This document shows, one piece after another, positions 38,718 to 48,677 of a stretch of 64,000 bases of DNA (position 1 is its first letter; every line of letters starts with the position of its first letter). Source of the stretch: Salinivirgaceae bacterium (GTDB lineage Bacteria; Bacteroidota; Bacteroidia; Bacteroidales; SZUA-534); the NCBI GenBank assembly GCA_024405635.1, contig JAKSOL010000006.1:1-64000 (forward strand), given 5' to 3'. The translations under genes and the position numbers were made by a program. The notes under the pieces were generated by a model, which was not told the DNA's origin, ran no database searches, and saw nothing but the letters and a program-made list of their open reading frames with translations.

Positions 38718-39415
38718 TTTGTCTGTTGTCGTTCTTCAAAAAATTGCCAAAGACTATCGCCTTTAGGAACAGGAGCCACAATGCTCACTGGTTGTTTCGA
38801 TACTGGATGAACAAATTCGATGCGGCGTGCATGCAAACTGATGCCCGAGTCGGCATTTGAGCGTTTTGCTCCGTATTTTAAGTCGCCCTTTATTATGCAA
38901 CCAATATTGGCCAATTGAGCTCGTATTTGGTGATGTCGGCCTGTAAGTAGTTTAACTTCAAGCAGATAGTATTTGTCCGATTTGTCAATCAGTTTATATT
39001 CAAGTTGAGCCTCTTTTGCGCCATTGTCGGTTGGTTTGCACACATACGCTTTGTTGTTTTTTTCGTTTTTACGCAAATAGTTAACCAACAAACCTTCTGG
39101 TTTTTCTGGGCTTTTTTCCACAATAGCCCAATATATTTTGTCAAGTTGGTTTTTGCTTTTAAACATTTCGTTCATTCGGGCCAAAGCTTTTGATGTGCGA
39201 GCAAAAATCATAACCCCCGATACTGGGCGATCGAGTCGGTGAGTAACGCCAACAAACACGTTTCCAGGTTTGTTATACTTTACTTTTATGTACGCAGCCA
39301 CTTTGTCGGCCAAAGGCGCATCGCCAGTTTCGTCGCCTTGTGCCAAATCTGAAACTCGTTTGTTTACTGCAATAAGGTGGTTGTCTTCGTACAATATTTC
39401 AAGAAAATCGTTCAT
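38714..39415 (-). CDS. RluA family pseudouridine synthase
   Basis: HRLDRPVSG, TGRHHQIR, LHA. Confidence 0.93.
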   Translation of the reverse strand: MNDFLEILYEDNHLIAVNKRVSDLAQGDETGDAPLADKVAAYIKVKYNKPGNVFVGVTHRLDRPVSGVMIFARTSKALARMNEMFKSKNQLDKIYWAIVEKSPEKPEGLLVNYLRKNEKNNKAYVCKPTDNGAKEAQLEYKLIDKSDKYYLLEVKLLTGRHHQIRAQLANIGCIIKGDLKYGAKRSNADSGISLHARRIEFVHPVSKQPVSIVAPVPKGDSLWQFFEERQQTK

Positions 39416-40230
39416 CAGTATTGTTCTTTTTCCGATGGGAAATTAACGTTTTTCACATCGTCAACATATTGATTAACAGCAGTTTTAATTTCGTCGGCCA
39501 AGTTTAGGTAGCGGCGAAGAAAACGTGGAGCAAACTCTTGTGTTATGCCCAACATGTCGTGCATCACAAGCACTTGACCATCAACTTCGCTACCTGCGCC
39601 TATGCCAATAATCGGAATATTGACTTCTTGGGCAACTTTTGCAGCCAATGTTGCAGGAATTTTTTCAAGCACAATGCCAAAGCAACCAAGTTCTTCAAGC
39701 AATTTGGCGTCGGCTATTAGTCGTTCGGCTTCTTTTTCTTCTTTAGCTCTAACTCCGTAAGTGCCAAATTTGAATATGCTTTGTGGTGTTAATCCAAGGT
39801 GCCCCATAACTGGAATGCCAGCCGAGATGATGCGTGAAATGGATTCCTGTATTTCTTGTCCGCCCTCAATCTTAATGGCGTGTGCTCCCGATTCTTTCAT
39901 TACTCTGATGGCAGAATTTAGGGCCTCAATTGAGTTGCCTTGATAGGTGCCAAATGGCAAATCGACAACCACAAGTGCGTGATTTACAGCACGAACTACT
40001 GATGCTGCGTGGTAAATCATATAATCGAGTGTCATTGGCAAGGTGGTTTCGTAGCCTGCCATTGTGTTTGATGCCGAATCGCCAACCAATATAACATCAA
40101 TGCCCGATGCGTCAATTAGTTTTGCCATGCTGTAATCGTAGGCTGTTAGCATCGCTATTTTTTCGCCACGTTGTTTCATTTCTTGCAACGTGAGCGTTGT
40201 AACCCGTTTAACTTCTTTGTGAACTGACAT
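39415..40230 (-). CDS. panB: 3-methyl-2-oxobutanoate hydroxymethyltransferase
   Basis: [28 protein letters not shown]. Confidence 0.96.
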   Translation of the reverse strand: MSVHKEVKRVTTLTLQEMKQRGEKIAMLTAYDYSMAKLIDASGIDVILVGDSASNTMAGYETTLPMTLDYMIYHAASVVRAVNHALVVVDLPFGTYQGNSIEALNSAIRVMKESGAHAIKIEGGQEIQESISRIISAGIPVMGHLGLTPQSIFKFGTYGVRAKEEKEAERLIADAKLLEELGCFGIVLEKIPATLAAKVAQEVNIPIIGIGAGSEVDGQVLVMHDMLGITQEFAPRFLRRYLNLADEIKTAVNQYVDDVKNVNFPSEKEQY

Positions 40231-40262
40231 CTTACAAATTTTTATTTTGCTGATAATCAATA

Positions 40263-40841
40263 TTATACTTCATTGGCTTGTTTGCCGTACTTTTCTGTTA
40301 AAAATTGGTGCAATTTGTATGCCACAGCACCTGCTGCAATGCCAAGTAATGCTCCGCACAACACATCGGCGGGGTAGTGCATGCCTAGGTAAATGCGTGA
40401 GTATGAAATAATTGCAGCCCAAACAAACATTGTAATTGTGAGCCAACGTTTGATTAGTATTAGCGAAACAAACGTGGCTATTGAAAACATGTTTGCAGCA
40501 TGCGATGATACAAAACCATACAAGCCTCCTCGTTTGTTGTTTACTAAATGAATAATGTCTTGAATTTCAAGGTTATGCGATGGTCGATAACGGCAAACTA
40601 CATTTTTGAATGCGTGTACTGAAACCGTGTCGGCTAACAAAATGGCAACACAAATACTAATGGCCAAAATCCACCAGTTTTTGGGGGCTTTGCGCCACAT
40701 AAAATAGAGTAGTGCTGCATATATTGGAATCCAAACCAACTTGCCGCTCACTGTCCACATCAAAGTGTCGAGAAAGGGTGTGTTGGCTCCGTTTATTAGC
40801 AACAACAACTGGCGGTCAAGTGTTTCGAGTTGCTCTAACAT
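40263..40841 (-). CDS. PAP2 family phosphatase
   Basis: [20 protein letters not shown]. Confidence 0.92.
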   Translation of the reverse strand: MLEQLETLDRQLLLLINGANTPFLDTLMWTVSGKLVWIPIYAALLYFMWRKAPKNWWILAISICVAILLADTVSVHAFKNVVCRYRPSHNLEIQDIIHLVNNKRGGLYGFVSSHAANMFSIATFVSLILIKRWLTITMFVWAAIISYSRIYLGMHYPADVLCGALLGIAAGAVAYKLHQFLTEKYGKQANEV

Positions 40842-41833
40842 TATTCGTTAATCGCTTTCCAGAGTAGGTCTTTCAGTTGGTCGATGCCTTTGTGTGCTAC
40901 CGACGAAATGAAAACGTGTGGCAAGTCTGTTGGTACAGTTTTTTCTAGCGCTTCTTGTAGTTCATCGTCAAGCATGTCGCTTTTTGTGATGGCCAAAACT
41001 CGTTGTTTGTCAAGCAATTCGGGGTTATACAAACGAAGTTCGTTTAGCAAAACCTCATAATCGGCAGCAATGTCATTGCTATCGGCTGGAACCATAAAAA
41101 GCAACACCGAGTTGCGTTCAATGTGGCGCAAGAATCGTAGGCCAATGCCTTTGCCTTCGTGGGCACCTTCAATAATACCAGGAATGTCGGCCATAACAAA
41201 CGAACGGTTGTCGCGATAGCTTACAATACCCAAATTAGGTTCAAGTGTGGTAAACGCATAGTCGGCAATTTTTGGTTTGGCAGCCGACACCACCGATAGT
41301 AAGGTTGATTTTCCGGCATTAGGGAAACCTACCAAACCAACATCGGCCAAAACTTTAAGTTCCAAAATGCGCCAGCCTTCTTCGCAAGGTTCGCCTGGTT
41401 GAGCAAAGCGAGGTGTGCGCATTGTGGCTGTTTTAAAGTGGTTGTTACCTTGTCCACCGCGGCCACCTTTCATCAGAATATGCTCTTCTTTGTCTTCGGT
41501 TATCTCAAAAAGAACCTCCATGGTTTCGGCATCGCGCACCACTGTGCCAAGAGGCACTTCAATAGTAACATCGTCGCCATCGCAACCTGTTTTGAGCGCA
41601 CCTTGACCATTGACGCCGTTTGTGGCAAATATGTGCTTTTGATATTGCAGATGCAGCAAAGTCCACATTTGGCTGTTGCCGCGCAAAATAACGTGTCCAC
41701 CACGGCCTCCATCGCCTCCATCGGGGCCGCCCCAAGGTTCAAACTTTTCGCGACGGAAGTGTACCGAGCCTGCTCCGCCTTTGCCGCTCTTGGCAAATAT
41801 CTTTACGTAGTCAATAAAATTCGAGTCTGCCAT
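40841..41833 (-). CDS. obgE: GTPase ObgE
   Basis: Gly-rich Obg fold, [17 protein letters not shown]. Confidence 0.97.
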   Translation of the reverse strand: MADSNFIDYVKIFAKSGKGGAGSVHFRREKFEPWGGPDGGDGGRGGHVILRGNSQMWTLLHLQYQKHIFATNGVNGQGALKTGCDGDDVTIEVPLGTVVRDAETMEVLFEITEDKEEHILMKGGRGGQGNNHFKTATMRTPRFAQPGEPCEEGWRILELKVLADVGLVGFPNAGKSTLLSVVSAAKPKIADYAFTTLEPNLGIVSYRDNRSFVMADIPGIIEGAHEGKGIGLRFLRHIERNSVLLFMVPADSNDIAADYEVLLNELRLYNPELLDKQRVLAITKSDMLDDELQEALEKTVPTDLPHVFISSVAHKGIDQLKDLLWKAINE

Positions 41834-42055
41834 TTCTTAAAAAAATAGGTTGCAAAGATATCGTTTTTTCCCGATAATCTTTTGGCAATGGTCGGCCTAC
41901 AAGGATGTATAATCGGTTTAAACCTATTGAACAATTTGTTGATGTAAACTTGAACGTTTTGCGTGTTTTTGTGTAACCAAAAAATGTAACAAATGAATAT
42001 TGTGGTATAATGTTTTGTTAAGTTTGCATCCGATTAACAATTAAAACACTCTAAA

Positions 42056-42718
42056 ATGAAAAAACTAGTTTTATCGATGGCAGCTGTAGCTTTGTTTACA
42101 ATGGCTGCTAATGCACAAATTTGGGTTGGTGGTAGCATTGGTTACTCAACAGAAAGTGAAAAGGAAGCTTGGAAAAACTTTGAGAATAAAATTAAAGAGA
42201 GCAAGGATAAAACAACCACTATTTTAATAGCTCCAAAAGTTGGTTATCAGCTAAATGAGAAATTGGAAGTTGGTGGTTTGGTTTCGTTAAGCTCTTCAAA
42301 ATATTATCCTAACAAGATTGACGACAAAGAAGTTTGGAATAAAACTTTTTCGTATGCAATATCGCCTTTTGCACGCTATCAGTTTGCATCGTTTGGTAAG
42401 TTTGCTCTAAAGGCTGTTGGTATTGCTGCGTTTGGCCAAAGAATGCCTTCAAGCAATAACGGAAAAGATAAGACCAAGGGCGATAAAACTACCACATTGG
42501 CTTTGAGCGCTTATCCAATGATTTCTTACTCTTTGTCAGAAAAATTTGATTTGGAGGCTAGCCTAAACTTCTTCGGTTTATCGGCTTCAACTTCAACAAC
42601 TAAAGATGCCGACGATTCTGATATTAAGATTGTTGAAAACGAATTTGAGATTATGGGAACCTCAAACAACATTGCAACTACTGGCAACATTACCATTGGT
42701 TTTATTTACCATTTGTAA
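42056..42718 (+). CDS. Outer-membrane beta-barrel protein
   Basis: Signal peptide, alternating beta-strand pattern, terminal GFIYHL. Confidence 0.8.
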   Translation: MKKLVLSMAAVALFTMAANAQIWVGGSIGYSTESEKEAWKNFENKIKESKDKTTTILIAPKVGYQLNEKLEVGGLVSLSSSKYYPNKIDDKEVWNKTFSYAISPFARYQFASFGKFALKAVGIAAFGQRMPSSNNGKDKTKGDKTTTLALSAYPMISYSLSEKFDLEASLNFFGLSASTSTTKDADDSDIKIVENEFEIMGTSNNIATTGNITIGFIYHL

Positions 42719-42741
42719 TATAGTTTTTTGAATAAAGAACA

Positions 42742-42781
42742 CAAAAATCCCCAACTGACTATGGTCGGTTGGGGATTTTTG
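42742..42781. terminator. Bidirectional terminator
   Basis: caaaaatccccaactgac...gtcggttggggatttttg. Confidence 0.85.
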
Positions 42782-42973
42782 TTTTTTGCTAATTTCCGAC
42801 AAATAATGTTCCGCTAAGTCATAGAGTTGATGGGCGAGTGTACCAGCTCAAAAAAGCAGACTCAGTAAATTTTGTACTGAGTTAATGGTTTTACCGAAGT
42901 TTTTCTCGGTGGTGGTGGTGTCGGCTTTTGGGGAGGGAGGTTAAATAAATGTACGTCTGCCTACCTTTATTAA

Positions 42974-43840
42974 TTATTTCGCTCTATTTATTTCTATGAC
43001 TTGACCGAGATGATAAACCACTTGCCAGAAACATAGTTCACCATTAGAATCTAAGTTTATGCCACCATTACAATCATCGTGAAGACGAGCAGGATTTCCT
43101 TTCTTGTCGAGCATTGGAGTGAAACTTATATCCTCAACCTTTACAAGCGCGGTATCTCGCTCTTTGTTATAACCAACAGCTAAGCTGAGATATTTATAGT
43201 TGATAGGAAGATATGGATAGTCGCCGTTATTCCAAATGAGAATATCGCCTAGTAGAGGATCGTTCTCGTCTATGACATTTGGGTTGTAGTTGAAAGTTCC
43301 GTCGTCAAAGAATTGCAAATACTTCTTATATGTAGTGTCTTTTATCTCTCTAAATTCCTCTTTCTTAACTCCTTCTACTATCTGATCAAAGTATACTTGC
43401 TTGATAACGAGGTACAATGTGTTTTCTTTAGTTGGTGCCTCGTCGTCGTCGTCATTTTTCTCCTCGTCTTCTATCTGTTCTAATTCTTCAGGACCATAGT
43501 TTTCCGCAAAGACTTTGTCTGGCAAAAGATCTAGTACATCATCAGGAAGAAGGTCGATAAGAGATAGAGGTATTAGTTCTTCAAGTGCCACTTCAAAATT
43601 AGCATCATCATCTTTTGGAATAATCTCGCTCGCATCATATTTGGCTTGTGTCATACACTTGTCATAAACCTTTGCTGGGATGTCAATAAATTCACCACTT
43701 TGATGTTCCTTGCACTCTTTAATAAAGTCTCCAACAAGTTTTATATCGCAATCTACGATGTCAACACTTGTCTCGTATTCACCAAAAAACTCACCATCAC
43801 GAAAGATGGCAAATCCGTACACAATAGAATGTTTTGTCAT
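42974..43840 (-). CDS. Acidic protein with C-terminal ASCH/PUA-like domain
   Basis: TLYLVIKQVYFDQIVEGVKKEEFREIK matches the ASCH L.L.IK..YFD.I..G.K..E.R signature. Confidence 0.7.
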   Translation of the reverse strand: MTKHSIVYGFAIFRDGEFFGEYETSVDIVDCDIKLVGDFIKECKEHQSGEFIDIPAKVYDKCMTQAKYDASEIIPKDDDANFEVALEELIPLSLIDLLPDDVLDLLPDKVFAENYGPEELEQIEDEEKNDDDDEAPTKENTLYLVIKQVYFDQIVEGVKKEEFREIKDTTYKKYLQFFDDGTFNYNPNVIDENDPLLGDILIWNNGDYPYLPINYKYLSLAVGYNKERDTALVKVEDISFTPMLDKKGNPARLHDDCNGGINLDSNGELCFWQVVYHLGQVIEINRAK

Positions 43841-43845
43841 AGTTG

Positions 43846-46845
43846 TTATTTCTTTTTATTATTTAACTCCTTTAATTCCTTCTCTGTCAAATCCTCACTA
43901 TCAAGGATTTCTGCTTTTAAGTCTTCGTAAAGCACGTTATCTCTTTTGTTTAGTTTGAAGCTTACAACACTATCAATATTGTAGTGGATTGTCCAATCAC
44001 AAAGTCTATCTTTGTTGTATTCTTCTATTCTATTATAGTTATCAACAAGTGTATCTTTATCAGTTTTACACATACCATCAACTGAATAAAAATCATCCTT
44101 AAGTTTTACAAGAAGTAAACTGCCACTATAATCGCGTGAATTGCGGAATAGCATATACTTGAACTTCTTAGGAACAAATGGAAATACGCCATCGTTGTAC
44201 GACTCAATGTTCGACACATTATTAGGGTCGATAAATACATCGGTTCGCAACTTATACTTAAGCATCGAGTGTTCTTCTTGTTCAAGATATTTTGATGCAG
44301 TATTGACACTTATGACGCGGCTCTCATCTTCTTTAAACCCAAATAGAATATTCCAAAATGGGATGCCAGACAATGTCAGGCGAAGCACTCTGTTGTCTTC
44401 ATTGAAGAATCCTTCTTCTATGCCCAAATCCTTTTCATCTATAATCTCTTTGTCCTTCTCTTTGATATCACCGTTGAGAGCATACATTGAATTCTTTATG
44501 TTTTTTGGCGTCATAAGGACAGGCCAATAGAATGGAGTGTCACGCCAACCATCAGCCTCTTTACCATTCTGACGAATAAGCATAAGTACAGGATAATCTA
44601 CCGCCTCATCACGCGATGGTGCTGTGTCGGTTCGGCCATCGTCTGGAGCATCAATATAGTTTCCATTTATACGCACACGACTCATGTTGCGGTTTTCAAC
44701 ATAATGAACATGAACCTTTTTCTCTTTGTTCTCATCTTGCAATGAATATTCTATTGCAGCAAGCATTTCGTTCTCGTCCCACTCCAAACCTGCATTGTAT
44801 GTACAAACCTTGGTGTCTTCGTATATATATGTCGAACGAATCTTCTTGATAATGTCAGCGGCGGTTTGCACATCCATATCAAAGAATCCATCTGCAACAA
44901 AACCTATATATTTCTTGATGGTGTCATCAATATCAGCAATAGTTTTACTGATAGCACTCTTGGGACCTGTTTGGAACCCTACAGGCAATATACGTTGATG
45001 AGCTTTTATCAGCGAGACATTTGTGAGTCTTATCTTTTGAGACGCGCAAGGCTTTATGTGCTTGTCGTAACCTATAAATTCTGGCTTGAATGATATACTA
45101 TCATCGTCATCATATTTCATCAGTATAAGCTGATTACGAAGTTCTTCATCGATATCATTTATTTTCTTAAGAATATCATAGATATATCGAGTCGTATGGA
45201 AACGCATAACTGCCATATCTTCTTTGCTGCGTGAGCCATACATACGTGCATGCTGAAGCACTGTATCCATTTGGAAGTTCTTAGGGTCTCGGCCATAGAA
45301 GAAGCAGAGCATATTATCAATAGTAATGCCTCGATCAAGAATAGAGCCACCTATGAAGATGTTGGCTGTGCATGTAAGTTCGAGTTGTCCCTTCTCGTTA
45401 AGACATGACGCTACGTCATTGTCTGAATTGACTATTTGTGTTCTGTAATCATTGTTAGCAAATATCCTAACAATTCTCTCATTGATGTCGGCCAATGAAG
45501 GTAGTTCAACATTTATAAGACCTTCGTCTCGGCCTTTTTTATTTGACTCAACAAAGTCTGCATAAGCCTGTCCTATCATATCCTCAACACGCAGATCGAC
45601 TTTTTCATCAATAGTTGTCTTTGACAAGAACCACCTTTTGACGTCGTCAATAACTTTCTCAATCAGTTTATCTTGCCATTCATGAGCTGTTTTACCAGTG
45701 TCAAGGTGGATGAGGCAACTTGTGTAACACTCTTTACCTGTTTTTTCTTCTTGTATTGAACGAATTGCAGCCGACATGAAATAGCAGATGATTGATCTAG
45801 TAAGTCCATAGATATTCATTGAACCAATGCCATGGTCAATGTATCTTTTATCAGCCTTGCCCATAACATCAATACACTTAGGATCAACAGCGACAAACAG
45901 ATGAGAGTACATTGACTCAGGAGATTGAGAATCAACAAAATACTGCTGACCTCCAATATATCTATCATGAACTGGTACAAGCTCTGTGTGATGCGGCTTG
46001 AATTTTGGTGATATGTTGCTATCGTTGTCAATCACGATATAACCATCTGGTTGCAAGTATAGGGCGTACGGAGTTGCTGTAACTTGAAGAAAACGACAAT
46101 AGTCTGGTATCTGCAAGAATTCTGTTATTTGTTTCGTTATCTTGGCCATTGACTTAACGCCACGAACAGAACGGAAATTGCAACTAGCAAAGTCGGCCTC
46201 ATCATCAACTACAAGAACTTTTTTATGTTTGAGATATGGCGACTTGGTGGTAAACAAGTCCTTAAGATGGTCGAGGTTTGTTTTTTCCTTTTTGCATACA
46301 ATAACAATCTTTGCCTTGTTGGTTATTGACTCTTGCAAGCCATTCTTCTTGAAATTTTCAAGAATATCAAATATTCTTACGACACCTTTCTGTCCAATGA
46401 TTTGTTTGTCTTTGAAGCAAGCATAATCATCTTCAAAGCGTTGTTGAGTCTGTGTCGCAAGCGTTTTTGTTCCTTTGGTCATTACAATGCAGATATCTAT
46501 ACCACGATCGAAAGAGAGTGCTATTATCTGCTCAAAGGTGTTGGTTTTGCCACATTGTATCTTACCGAGGAGCAATACTGGCCATGTTGCATTCTGACAA
46601 TCCTGTAGCAAAGCATCTACAGTGTTCCTGACGCACTTCTCCATATTTGACGAATGAGGTTGTACGACAGGATATGGCGAGTTACAACGAAGCGTGTTAT
46701 ACATATACTCTTCGTCATTATCTGCACCTTCAAGAGTTGCAAGTTGCTTACGAAGAGGTGTTATAACATCATCACTCATACCAGCATTTTTCAAGTCGTT
46801 AATGCTGCGTCTGAGCGTCACAATTTGTTCTTGTTTTGTAGCCAT
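43846..46845 (-). CDS. Z1-domain SF2 ATPase-like protein with C-terminal ASCH-like domain
   Basis: GKIQCGKT, DDEAD, TATPYA, GGSILDRGITI, DTVLQHARMYGSR; tail LRLTLSGIPFWNILFGFKEDESR. Confidence 0.75.
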   Translation of the reverse strand: MATKQEQIVTLRRSINDLKNAGMSDDVITPLRKQLATLEGADNDEEYMYNTLRCNSPYPVVQPHSSNMEKCVRNTVDALLQDCQNATWPVLLLGKIQCGKTNTFEQIIALSFDRGIDICIVMTKGTKTLATQTQQRFEDDYACFKDKQIIGQKGVVRIFDILENFKKNGLQESITNKAKIVIVCKKEKTNLDHLKDLFTTKSPYLKHKKVLVVDDEADFASCNFRSVRGVKSMAKITKQITEFLQIPDYCRFLQVTATPYALYLQPDGYIVIDNDSNISPKFKPHHTELVPVHDRYIGGQQYFVDSQSPESMYSHLFVAVDPKCIDVMGKADKRYIDHGIGSMNIYGLTRSIICYFMSAAIRSIQEEKTGKECYTSCLIHLDTGKTAHEWQDKLIEKVIDDVKRWFLSKTTIDEKVDLRVEDMIGQAYADFVESNKKGRDEGLINVELPSLADINERIVRIFANNDYRTQIVNSDNDVASCLNEKGQLELTCTANIFIGGSILDRGITIDNMLCFFYGRDPKNFQMDTVLQHARMYGSRSKEDMAVMRFHTTRYIYDILKKINDIDEELRNQLILMKYDDDDSISFKPEFIGYDKHIKPCASQKIRLTNVSLIKAHQRILPVGFQTGPKSAISKTIADIDDTIKKYIGFVADGFFDMDVQTAADIIKKIRSTYIYEDTKVCTYNAGLEWDENEMLAAIEYSLQDENKEKKVHVHYVENRNMSRVRINGNYIDAPDDGRTDTAPSRDEAVDYPVLMLIRQNGKEADGWRDTPFYWPVLMTPKNIKNSMYALNGDIKEKDKEIIDEKDLGIEEGFFNEDNRVLRLTLSGIPFWNILFGFKEDESRVISVNTASKYLEQEEHSMLKYKLRTDVFIDPNNVSNIESYNDGVFPFVPKKFKYMLFRNSRDYSGSLLLVKLKDDFYSVDGMCKTDKDTLVDNYNRIEEYNKDRLCDWTIHYNIDSVVSFKLNKRDNVLYEDLKAEILDSEDLTEKELKELNNKKK

Positions 46846-46877
46846 ACATGTTGTGTTGTTTTTTTTCTATAATCATT

Positions 46878-48098
46878 TTACAATTTTAACCCCGAAGCTT
46901 TTGGCGAGAAGTCTTCGCGTATCTTAATACTAATAGCACATGCAACCTCTGACTGAGGAAAGCCTAGTTTCTCACCAAAGTCATAGATGAGGTTCAACTC
47001 ATTATCGCCAAGTTCGCCATCTGCAAATGCGACATCAATGAAATAACGGAGCATATTGTTTCGCATGTCAGGTGATATTTCGAGTACCTTGCTTACTGAG
47101 TCATTAAATGCCTGAGCCACATCGCCCTTCTCTATTCGTTTCAACTTCTTATGGGGGAATAGGCAGTATGCTCCTAATTGTTTCACAATAAACTCTTCCT
47201 CGTTCTTGTCCGACTTTCCACCAAACTGAGATACGAAGATTCCTGCTGAAGCTATAAAGTCAGATAGGGCAGCATCCAAATCGTCGTATATAAAGTTCTG
47301 AAGGGCTATTATTAACTCGTTCATACCACGGGTGAGACCTGTCTGTGTCTTTGCTGTCGCAAATAACTCCAATGCCCTAATACGGATAGGATTAACAGGA
47401 TGTGTACCTTCGCTGACACCATCACCTTTCATGAAGAACTCCAAACGCTTGCTATTCTCCGCCATCAAAGTGTCTATGCTTACATTCATCTTTTCGAGGA
47501 ATAAGCCTGATGCCATCTTGAATACTGCTGTCACACAAGCTTCAAGATTCTCGTTGGCCATATAACCGTAGCGGTCGGCCCCCAACTCTGCCAACTGACC
47601 ATAGAGCTGTACTCGTTTACTCAAAAAGTCAGGAACTTTTACTTTATCTTCTTCGGTTGGATAGATGAATCTAAATAATTGCGAGATTGTTGCATCGTTA
47701 TTAATCAAGTGACCTATTTCGTGACCTATAACAAACTTCAATTCTTCTTCGTTCAACAAATTGAATAGTCCTGAATTTATCTCTATAATATGTGGACGTT
47801 GCTCATCACCAGAGCAATACGAATAAGCGTTTACCACACCGTCTCCTGTTATGTAAAAGTCAATATTACCTACAAATCCAAGTTTCTCTTTTACTTCTTG
47901 ACAGATGACATAGAAGTGAGGCAACAATGTCTCACTCACTTTTAGGCTATTGCCTTCCATCACACTGCGCAAGTTCATGTCAATGCCTGCGCCTTCACAA
48001 TGCTGACGGATTATTTCTGTTACACTGCCTTGCAATACGTTAAAAATCTGACGAGCAAGAAGATCTTGCATTTTGATTTTCGGATCTAGTTCTCTCAT
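46878..48098 (-). CDS. M48 (HtpX-like) metallopeptidase fused to a TerB-like domain
   Basis: NAY, GHEIGH, ELGADR, THP....RI; C-terminal VAFADGELGDNELNLI. Confidence 0.78.
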   Translation of the reverse strand: MRELDPKIKMQDLLARQIFNVLQGSVTEIIRQHCEGAGIDMNLRSVMEGNSLKVSETLLPHFYVICQEVKEKLGFVGNIDFYITGDGVVNAYSYCSGDEQRPHIIEINSGLFNLLNEEELKFVIGHEIGHLINNDATISQLFRFIYPTEEDKVKVPDFLSKRVQLYGQLAELGADRYGYMANENLEACVTAVFKMASGLFLEKMNVSIDTLMAENSKRLEFFMKGDGVSEGTHPVNPIRIRALELFATAKTQTGLTRGMNELIIALQNFIYDDLDAALSDFIASAGIFVSQFGGKSDKNEEEFIVKQLGAYCLFPHKKLKRIEKGDVAQAFNDSVSKVLEISPDMRNNMLRYFIDVAFADGELGDNELNLIYDFGEKLGFPQSEVACAISIKIREDFSPKASGLKL

Positions 48099-48158
48099 TG
48101 TATCTAAGATTTGGAAGTTTCGAAATTTGCTGGATTTATTTCCATAGGAATATTGTTT

Positions 48159-48677
48159 TTAGTACGTTTTTACATTAGCAATACTTTCGGGAGATGCCGT
48201 CTGTAAATCGACAGGCTGCGTTATTTCTATTTTGAAGTTTTTGCAAACAACATCAAAGTACCAAAGCGCGAGTTTGGGCCGAAAATCGTACATTAAGTGT
48301 TGCATGATATCCTTTACAGCCAAACTCTTTTTCCCCTTGACGAAGCAATAAAACCGAGTGATATGCAGGTTGTGGTACATCTGCATATTATAATTAGCCA
48401 ATTTCATTTTTCCGTTAGGAGTTACAGCGTTTTTGTTAATAGCTGTAAGGTCGTTTTGGTATTCTGAAGTGTTACTTAAATAATCTATTTGCCCCATTAC
48501 CGACAAAAGAAATTCCTTTTCAGAACGCTGCTCTACAAGAAACTCTCGACTATCATTCCAAAGGTTATGAAGAAAGTCCATATATTCAGAATTCTTCATA
48601 TTTTCTTGAATAATCATCTTGGCCAACGACTCTGGCAACAATTTTGTTAAGTATTCTTCTTCAGTGTATTTTGCCAT
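48159..48677 (-). CDS. Hypothetical protein, translationally coupled to the helicase
   Basis: 172-aa ORF; TAATG stop/start overlap at 48675-48679. Confidence 0.7.
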   Translation of the reverse strand: MAKYTEEEYLTKLLPESLAKMIIQENMKNSEYMDFLHNLWNDSREFLVEQRSEKEFLLSVMGQIDYLSNTSEYQNDLTAINKNAVTPNGKMKLANYNMQMYHNLHITRFYCFVKGKKSLAVKDIMQHLMYDFRPKLALWYFDVVCKNFKIEITQPVDLQTASPESIANVKTY

